From: Ferruginibacter sp.
GTDB taxonomy: Bacteria > Bacteroidota > Bacteroidia > Chitinophagales > Chitinophagaceae
NCBI GenBank assembly: GCA_043769035.1
Contig: JAYVJU010000147.1
Span: 1-63,396, forward strand
DNA: 63,396 bases
Direction: 5' to 3'
Positions 52,928 to 59,247 of the stretch are shown in pieces (within the stretch, counting starts at the first letter, position 1; each line of letters starts with the position of its first letter). The notes under the pieces are model-generated. The model saw nothing but the letters and a program-made list of their open reading frames with translations, had not been told where the DNA came from and ran no database searches. The position numbers and the translations under genes are program-made.

Positions 52928-53034
52928 AAAGGTAAATAAGCCTGTACGATTTAAATTAAAAAAACTGTTGCCTTGTACTGTGTTGTTGGTATGCTTTGCT
53001 GCCTTGCCCGCCCACATATACACAACGGCCAATA
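52854..53034 (+). repeat. Repeat A copy 1: last 74 nt of the GH51 gene plus downstream flank
   Basis: Direct repeat of 55267-55452. Confidence 0.92.
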
Positions 53035-53042
53035 ATGTAGTT

Positions 53043-53432
53043 TTAGTCAACTAAGGTTGATTCCAATGTTTTGAGTAATTTTAAAAACCTAGGGTCTTTT
53101 AAATTTTCAATTTTATAACTACGATATTCTTTTTCGCCATCACGAAAGACTGCCTCAAACCCCTGATCAAAAATTTCAAGCTTTATATATTTTTGATCAA
53201 GTCTGAGTCCGTTGTTAACTGATCTAGAAATCATAAGATCATGCATAGTGGTTTCTGCTCGGAAATGTTCATCTTGTCCAGTTGCTATCATCTCATTTAT
53301 GAAATCTATATATGATTGTACATACTTGGGCTCAAAATTGAACTTTAATAATAGCTCCTCAAACCTCTCTTTTACTTGTTGCCATGAGAGTTTGAATAGC
53401 CGGATAATTTCTTGAGTTCTTTTGTCGATCAC
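53043..53432 (-). CDS. Hypothetical protein (cargo 1)
   Basis: 129-aa ORF from GTG that fills the gap between repeat A1 and repeat B1. Confidence 0.7.
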   Translation of the reverse strand: MIDKRTQEIIRLFKLSWQQVKERFEELLLKFNFEPKYVQSYIDFINEMIATGQDEHFRAETTMHDLMISRSVNNGLRLDQKYIKLEIFDQGFEAVFRDGEKEYRSYKIENLKDPRFLKLLKTLESTLVD

Positions 53433-53470
53433 TATGAATTTATTGGAGTGCCTTTAAAATTACAGCCAAT

Positions 53471-53640
53471 ACTAGGATTAATGTTATTCTACACTACCAA
53501 CAAATTTCAAACGTATTGATAATCAAAATACTAGTATTATACATTTTAGACTGTTTATAACATCAATGCAATTTACTATAGTTTTCGCCTTTATTGGTAC
53601 ATGCAAATGTAAATGAGCCTGGCGTACCAACAACATCGGA
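53471..53640 (-). repeat. Repeat B copy 1 (truncated): promoter plus attI-like end
   Basis: Highly similar to 55058-55264 and 56922-57126; cut off at the IS remnant. Confidence 0.92.
53604..53633 (-). promoter_or_regulatory. Bacteroidota housekeeping-type promoter facing cargo 1
   Basis: Minus strand TTG-N19-TACATTTG, matching the -33/-7 (TAnnTTTG) consensus. Confidence 0.7.
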
Positions 53641-53743
53641 GTTTTCTAAAGTCGCAGCCTAGTGTTAAATACTCCTGAATGATCTGTGTTTTTAAATCCA
53701 TTTTGGTTGATTTTGTAGTCAACCTATTTCAGGACGAGACACA
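53640..53743 (-). mobile_element. IS3-family remnant: left end plus first ~21 codons of OrfA
   Basis: Minus strand TGTGTCTCGTCCTGAAATAGGTTGAC then ATG 53701 MDLKTQIIQEYLTLGCDFRKL, resembling Bacteroidota IS3 ends and HTH starts as recalled. Confidence 0.6.
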
Positions 53744-53806
53744 AAAAGATGAGGATTTATTCGTCTGCCAGCATAGTAGCAAACCGTGTTGGCGGTTCGT
53801 TTTTTG

Positions 53807-53980
53807 TCACTTGGAGGTAACGAGAACTTTCTTTGTAGAAATCTTTCTGCGACTTTTACGCTTAGCCATTTTTTCCTTGTATTCACGGATGTGTTGACTA
53901 ATATCTTCCCTTTCCTTTTTTGTTAAAGGTCTTGGGTCTACATAAAAGTCAACGCCTAAAGGTTCTCTAATAAGTCCCAT
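53807..53980 (-). CDS. Small basic 57-aa protein, putative antitoxin/partner (cargo 2)
   Basis: Below the ORF-track cutoff; hand translation MGLIREPLGVDFYVDPRPLTKKEREDISQHIREYKEKMAKRKSRRKISTKKVLVTSK; starts 6 nt after the upstream stop. Confidence 0.75.
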   Translation of the reverse strand: MGLIREPLGVDFYVDPRPLTKKEREDISQHIREYKEKMAKRKSRRKISTKKVLVTSK

Positions 53981-53986
53981 AATTTT

Positions 53987-54511
53987 TTATTTAAAGTATT
54001 TTTCAATTAATGCTTTTGCTGGCATGGTATCAACAATCATTAGGTGTCCGCCAAAGTGATATGCACCTAATGTTTTTATATAATGGTCAATAAGTTTTGT
54101 TTTTGAGTGAAATGAAACGAATCCATCGAAACCTTTCTGAAATGAAAGTCGGCAAGCATAAGCAACTAAATTTCCAGGAACGCCTAAATATATTTTTGTT
54201 CTCCCTTTATTAAATGGGGCACTTTCAATGAGGTGCATATAAACATGGTCGTCCTCTACACTTAAACTTACCAGCCCTTGTATAACATTTGGATTACCTT
54301 GAATTGTCAATTTATAAACTTCTCTGCTATCTGTATCTAACTCTTTTTTCCAATTGAATAGCCAGCCATTTTTCTTTGTTATTTGTTTGAGGTCAATCCT
54401 TGCCAAATACATAATTTCTGTCGGAAAACTGTCGCCAGTAGCAACATTTTCAACGGAACGGGTCAGTTTGTCAACCTCAAAATCAAGGTAGTTTATCTTG
54501 TTTTTTTTCAC
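53987..54511 (-). CDS. GNAT-like protein, putative acetyltransferase toxin (cargo 2)
   Basis: Start moved to GTG 54511; VYMHLIESAPFN...YLGVPGNLVAYAC and LIDHYIKTLGA resemble GNAT motifs A and B. Confidence 0.6.
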   Translation of the reverse strand: MKKNKINYLDFEVDKLTRSVENVATGDSFPTEIMYLARIDLKQITKKNGWLFNWKKELDTDSREVYKLTIQGNPNVIQGLVSLSVEDDHVYMHLIESAPFNKGRTKIYLGVPGNLVAYACRLSFQKGFDGFVSFHSKTKLIDHYIKTLGAYHFGGHLMIVDTMPAKALIEKYFK

Positions 54512-54568
54512 ATTGTAATTTACGAAAAAGCCTGAATATATTAAACACAATTAAAAGATTTTGTATTG

Positions 54569-54983
54569 AAGTCTAAACGTTATGGATTGTATGTCTTTTT
54601 ATTTCAAACTTAGTAGTATTGCCATTAGTTAAGTCTAAGTAGGTGCAGTATTGAATTAATTTGCCCCCCATCATTTTCAAGTGTTAATGTGAGTTCAAAT
54701 GAGTGGTCAAAATCTTCAATAACTTCAAAACGATTTGCTGGATGAATAAGAGTAATTTTTTCTGGCTTAGCATTTAAAATTCCAAAGAAAATTCTGGTAT
54801 TTCGGATTTCATTATCTTCAGAAACTCTCATGTTCTTGCTTCTCCGCATGGTAGTAGGGAAACTTTGTGTATTGCTTATTTGAAGAGATAAAGAAGTTCT
54901 TTGTCCATTCATGTGGATTATTTGTTGCAAATAACCTGAGTCAAAGTTTTTGTCTTACTAAAAAGGTTTGAAAAAAGTTTCAT
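54569..54983 (-). pseudogene. Hypothetical gene, possibly frameshifted twice (cargo 2)
   Basis: Track ORF 54625-54930 extends to ATG 54983 and to a stop near 54569 if single-base indels in an A5 run and a G6 run are corrected. Confidence 0.4.
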
Positions 54984-55057
54984 TTTTAGAATGTTTAGTA
55001 TAGTACTTCAGTTATAAATTTGAGAATGTAACTGTGGAGGTTAAAATGACCGCCAAC

Positions 55058-55264
55058 ACCAGGATTGATCTTATTCTACGCTACCAACAAATTTTAAACG
55101 TATTGATAATCAAAATACTGGTTTTATACATTTTAGATTGTTTATAGCATCAATGCAATTTACTATAGTTTTCGCCTTTATTGGTACATGCAAATGTAAA
55201 TAAGCCAGGCGTACCAATAACAGCGGACTTCGTACTTTTAACAAATATACCAGCAAAGGCAAAG
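55058..55264 (-). repeat. Repeat B copy 2: promoter plus attI-like end
   Basis: 207 bp; TACATTTG at 55198-55191 (-33 is TTA in this copy); ends at G|TTGGCGG. Confidence 0.92.
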
Positions 55265-55266
55265 TC

Positions 55267-55452
55267 GTGCAAAAAAAATGGGTGAGGAGCTGGTTGTTAA
55301 TTTGCCGGCACAAAGTATTGTTACGCTGGAGTTGAAATAGAAAGATCAATAAGTCTGCAACGATGTTATTTTAAAAAAATCTGTTGCCTTGCGCTGTGTT
55401 GTTGGTATGCCTTGCTGCTTTGCCCGCCCCACATACACAACAACGGCTAACA
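55267..55452 (+). repeat. Repeat A copy 2: duplicated 3' end of the GH51 gene plus flank
   Basis: 55267-55340 matches 52854-52927 at 72 of 74 nt. Confidence 0.92.
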
Positions 55453-55531
55453 GGGGGCTGCGTACATACCAACAAAGACAAAGATGCCATGTTGCTGAAG
55501 TTGAAGTTACAAGGTCATGTTAGTGGCAGGC
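55445..55531 (-). other. attC-like recombination site at the 3' end of cargo 3
   Basis: Minus strand GCCTGCCACTAAC...~67 nt...GTTAGCC; outer boxes fit attC, internal stem is weak. Confidence 0.5.
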
Positions 55532-55580
55532 AATTTTTATGTACCGGTCGAATTATTTCAGAATATTTAATGATGTATTT

Positions 55581-56414
55581 TTAAAATCGCCGCCGCTTCC
55601 CTTTATAAATAAAGCGGTTTAGCGGACTTCCATATTGTCTAAAATTTACAGTACGAGACATGGTTTGTTGTTGCTCAAGTTGTCGTTTCATTTCGTCTTG
55701 CTTTCTGAAGTTACTTATAAACTCTTGAACTCGTGATGTCCATTCTCCATTAGTGGTTGTCTTTACAAAAGCTGTTCGTGAAATTTCTGCAACTTTTGCA
55801 TGTCTTCCAACTTGTGGGAATAAGCAGTAAAGAGGATTTCGCAAGCCATTTAAATCGTCTAACGAACCGTCTCCTCGAAAGTCAAACACAACTGGTACAG
55901 AACTTTTAAGCCAATTTTCTGGAAAACAAAATTCTGGAAACCAAATCTCAAATATTCCCACGTTGTCTGTTTGACATACTTCACTAATTCCGTCACGTTT
56001 CCACTCTTTAAGAAAACGAGGATAGTCTCTTTTTAGGCGTGTACCGTCCACTACCCAAACCATGTTTTTATAAAATTTTTCTCGTGAAGTTCTTTCTTGA
56101 GGGTCAATATGCGAATGTTGAAACTCTATAACCAGGTTATTAGTTGTTCGAATATCTGCAATATGTTTTTCACCTGTTCTTTCATCAAGTAAAGACATTT
56201 CTTGCCAATCGGATAGATAATTGTTTTTCCAAATTCGGTGCCACTCTGTTTCCGGTTCCCACCAATTATCACAATTCGTTTTGCTTTTATGTGCCCAATG
56301 CCAAATTTTTTGAGTTCCACATTTGGCAGTAACTGGTTTGGAACAACAACAACACAATCCTTGAAGTTGCGGTTCAGCCTTGATGCGATTATTGTCTATT
56401 AAAGCAAACTGCAT
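55581..56414 (-). CDS. CoiA-like nuclease (Zn-binding N-terminus, PD-(D/E)xK-type domain) (cargo 3)
   Basis: CxxC...AKCG...HWAH, ETEWH, ADI...VIEFQHS motifs. Confidence 0.82.
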   Translation of the reverse strand: MQFALIDNNRIKAEPQLQGLCCCCSKPVTAKCGTQKIWHWAHKSKTNCDNWWEPETEWHRIWKNNYLSDWQEMSLLDERTGEKHIADIRTTNNLVIEFQHSHIDPQERTSREKFYKNMVWVVDGTRLKRDYPRFLKEWKRDGISEVCQTDNVGIFEIWFPEFCFPENWLKSSVPVVFDFRGDGSLDDLNGLRNPLYCLFPQVGRHAKVAEISRTAFVKTTTNGEWTSRVQEFISNFRKQDEMKRQLEQQQTMSRTVNFRQYGSPLNRFIYKGKRRRF

Positions 56415-56438
56415 TTTTTTTAGAAACTCCCTTATTCA

Positions 56439-56852
56439 TTAATTAATATTTACTTTAAAAACATTATGATATTTCCCCTCTGAATAATAATAAACTGCCA
56501 CCCGCCTATTAGGGTTAATATAGATATGACCGACTTTTATTTTACGAACATCTTGTCCACCTGTCCATGTTTCGCTATCTCTTCTTTGCCACCCAAAATC
56601 TTGCCGTAACATAGCGTTATAATAATTTGCATCAGCATCAACTTTTTCGTCAGCAAATACAGAAAACATAGAACCATCAGATAGTTTTCCTTCAAAAAAA
56701 ACTTCTCCGTTTTGGACTATCTTAGAAGGTGGTAATTCATATTCTAACCACTTATTCGTAGTTGCTGTTGAATATATTGTTGCACAACCAACTAGGCATA
56801 CACTACAAAAAAATGCAATAAAAATAGTGTCAAAATATTTTTTCATTATCAA
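56439..56852 (-). CDS. Small hypothetical lipoprotein (cargo 3)
   Basis: Signal peptide with lipobox LVGC. Confidence 0.72.
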   Translation of the reverse strand: MIMKKYFDTIFIAFFCSVCLVGCATIYSTATTNKWLEYELPPSKIVQNGEVFFEGKLSDGSMFSVFADEKVDADANYYNAMLRQDFGWQRRDSETWTGGQDVRKIKVGHIYINPNRRVAVYYYSEGKYHNVFKVNIN

Positions 56853-56921
56853 TCATTCTATGCCCTTTCGGACGGTAATTATTTTGTTTTATAACGGCGT
56901 TGTCCTCTGCTTGCCACTAAC

Positions 56922-57126
56922 ACTAGGATTGATGTTATTCTACGCTACCAACAAATTTCAAACGTATTGATTCAAAATACTAGTATTATACATTTTAGAT
57001 TGTTTATAACATCAATGCAATTTACTATAATTTTCACCTTTATTGGTAAACGCAAATGTAAATAAGCCAGGCGTACCAACAACAGCGGGCTTCGTACTTT
57101 TAACAAATATACCAGCAAAGGCAAAG
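56922..57126 (-). repeat. Repeat B copy 3: promoter plus attI-like end
   Basis: 205 bp; TTG(57082-57080)-N19-TACATTTG(57060-57053); ends at G|TTAGTGG. Confidence 0.92.
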
Positions 57127-57152
57127 CAATATTAAAAATCAGCGGCTTTGTT

Positions 57153-58856
57153 TTATAAAACTTTCTTTAGTCTTGCCATTACTTTTACAGCTGCAGCATT
57201 TTTATTTTGCAATTGCAAAGCTTTATAAAGCCCCTGCAGTGCCCAGCGGTTTTCGTTGTTGTTTTGCAGGTCCTGCAGAAAAACTTTTTCAGCATTACTG
57301 CCATCATTATTTTCCAGGTAGGCATTACCAAGATAAGTTTTTGGATTCAGCAACCAATCCCTTGGTTCATTGTAAACCATATTCGCTTCTATTTCGGCAG
57401 CTGCTTTAAAATGTTTAATAGCACCACCATATAATTTTCGTTGCTGGTGAATAACACCAAGCAACATTTGCTCGGCTACCCTTGCACCATCAATGGCCGG
57501 GGCAAAAGGTGTAAATGGTACCTGCAGCGAACTGTCTTTCATCTGTGCTCTCATCAGGTCAAGTTCTTTACCGGCTTCATCAAATTGCTGCTTATAAGAA
57601 AATGCAAAGCCTTTTGCAAAATGATATAAGATATTACTGTACACCAATGCTGCATCAGGTTTTGGTTGTTGCAGTATCTTATCCCATAAACCAAAACGTA
57701 TATTTATAAATGCAGGTGTCATGGAAATATATTGCACATAATTACCCATTGGTGCAGGCGCCATAAAATAATCCTTTGGAATACTTTGTACGGTTTCTGC
57801 AGCAGCACCGGCAGCTTTTTCTGCTTCACCCAATAGCATAGCATTATTTGCCTTCATGTGCAGGTTATGAATGAGATAAAGAAAATCGGCACCGGTAACA
57901 GGAGCATATAATGAAATTGATTTTTGATAACTGTTAACGGCATTGGTATTCACATCAATTCCTTTTTTATAAAAACCGGTACGTAAATAAATATGTGATG
58001 GCATATGAACAAGATGAGACAGGCCGGGATTTAGTTTCCCCAATCTGTCGGCGCTTGGCAATGCCAGTGCTGCAAAAGGCGATGGCTCCATTACGTGAAT
58101 ATAATAATGGTTGGCTCCCGGATGATTGGGAGATTTTTTTAAAAGCTGTTCAAGTACTTTTCTTATCAATGGTGTCCACGCTTTAGGTTTACCATCAATA
58201 TACCATAAGTCCCAGGGGTGCTGCAACATCATGGCATCGGCATATAAGGCCTGTGCATCGGCGTTGTTTGTATATTTTTCATACACTTTTTTCATCATGG
58301 CGGTGTAAGCCTGGTTAAGCATTACCCTGGAAACATCTGCTGAGTCGGATGTATAGCGTATGGCCATTGCACCGATAAGATCTTTTTCAAAAGCAGAGGC
58401 TGTTGATGAAAATTTGTCTGCCTTACTTAAGGCGGCTAATGCTTCCGGCGAAGCCCTATACCCAAAGTCATTAATATTGGGGCCGTAAGCTAATGCCTGT
58501 GCCCAGTAAATTATGGCACATTCCGGGTCGAAGTGCAGGGCTTTTTTAAAAGATGCCATGGCTTCAATAATATGAAAACCATAATAAGTATTGATACCCT
58601 GGTTAAAATAAAACTGGGCACTATCGTTTTTTGTAGAGATTTTCCATTTGTAAATTCCGGCACCGGGTATGGGTGGAATGTCTGATTCATTGATCCAGGC
58701 CTGCAGTTCATTCCAGTCGGGGTTGCAGCTTACAATAGTTTTTTGTTTAAAAACCCCGGCATTAAAATTGGCACCATTACGGGGAACACTTAATTTAAAT
58801 GCATAAACCACCATAAATGCCAGCAATGCAAGTACAAATAGTAACCTCGGTTTCAT
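57153..58856 (-). CDS. Secreted TPR-containing protein
   Basis: AQFYFNQG, ALAYGPNIN, HPGANHYYIH, HLVHMPSHIY motifs; helical repeats. Confidence 0.82.
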   Translation of the reverse strand: MKPRLLFVLALLAFMVVYAFKLSVPRNGANFNAGVFKQKTIVSCNPDWNELQAWINESDIPPIPGAGIYKWKISTKNDSAQFYFNQGINTYYGFHIIEAMASFKKALHFDPECAIIYWAQALAYGPNINDFGYRASPEALAALSKADKFSSTASAFEKDLIGAMAIRYTSDSADVSRVMLNQAYTAMMKKVYEKYTNNADAQALYADAMMLQHPWDLWYIDGKPKAWTPLIRKVLEQLLKKSPNHPGANHYYIHVMEPSPFAALALPSADRLGKLNPGLSHLVHMPSHIYLRTGFYKKGIDVNTNAVNSYQKSISLYAPVTGADFLYLIHNLHMKANNAMLLGEAEKAAGAAAETVQSIPKDYFMAPAPMGNYVQYISMTPAFINIRFGLWDKILQQPKPDAALVYSNILYHFAKGFAFSYKQQFDEAGKELDLMRAQMKDSSLQVPFTPFAPAIDGARVAEQMLLGVIHQQRKLYGGAIKHFKAAAEIEANMVYNEPRDWLLNPKTYLGNAYLENNDGSNAEKVFLQDLQNNNENRWALQGLYKALQLQNKNAAAVKVMARLKKVL

Positions 58857-59033
58857 AAAACAGTTTTTTAATACTGATAAGCTACATAAATTTTAATAGA
58901 AAGCATAATCTTACAGTAAATTAATTTTATAAAAGCCGGGGTTTGCCTGTACTGGAAATATTGATTCAGTTAGCAACGATGTTAATTTAAAAAACTGTTG
59001 CTGGTAACGGCAGTTTTTTCAGCTATTTATCCT

Positions 59034-59049
59034 CAGGATGCAACAGGAT
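59034..59049. promoter_or_regulatory. Direct-repeat operator candidate CAGGAT-N4-CAGGAT
   Basis: CAGGATgcaaCAGGAT upstream of the PL11 operon. Confidence 0.6.
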
Positions 59050-59081
59050 GCCCTGCCATACATAAAAGGTAAATTGTGTTT

Positions 59082-59093
59082 GCAAACGATTGA
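59082..59093. promoter_or_regulatory. LacI-family operator candidate
   Basis: GCAAACGATTGA, 11/12 identical to the site at 37697. Confidence 0.45.
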
Positions 59094-59247
59094 CTTATAT
59101 GAGGTTTTCTCCTACTACAAAATCAGCCACTGTTATTATAACTGTATTGCTTGCTGCAATTACAGGCACACAGGTAATGGTTCAGTTTGCAACACAACAA
59201 AAAACGACAAGTAATACAAAATATATCTTCTAATAGGAAGACTAAAT

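Noticed and set aside
53679-53897. Plus-strand 72-aa ORF
   Set aside because: Antisense to the 57-aa gene and the IS remnant; no recognisable features.
55110-55584. Track ORFs 55110-55349 and 55384-55584
   Set aside because: They read through non-coding repeats A and B, and the frames are not preserved in the other copies.
52854-57126. Repeat array as a CRISPR array
   Set aside because: Repeats are 170-207 bp, the intervening segments are whole genes of variable length, and there are no cas genes.
52854-57126. Complete integron, prophage or ICE
   Set aside because: No integrase, relaxase or phage gene in the window; only sites and cargo are visible.
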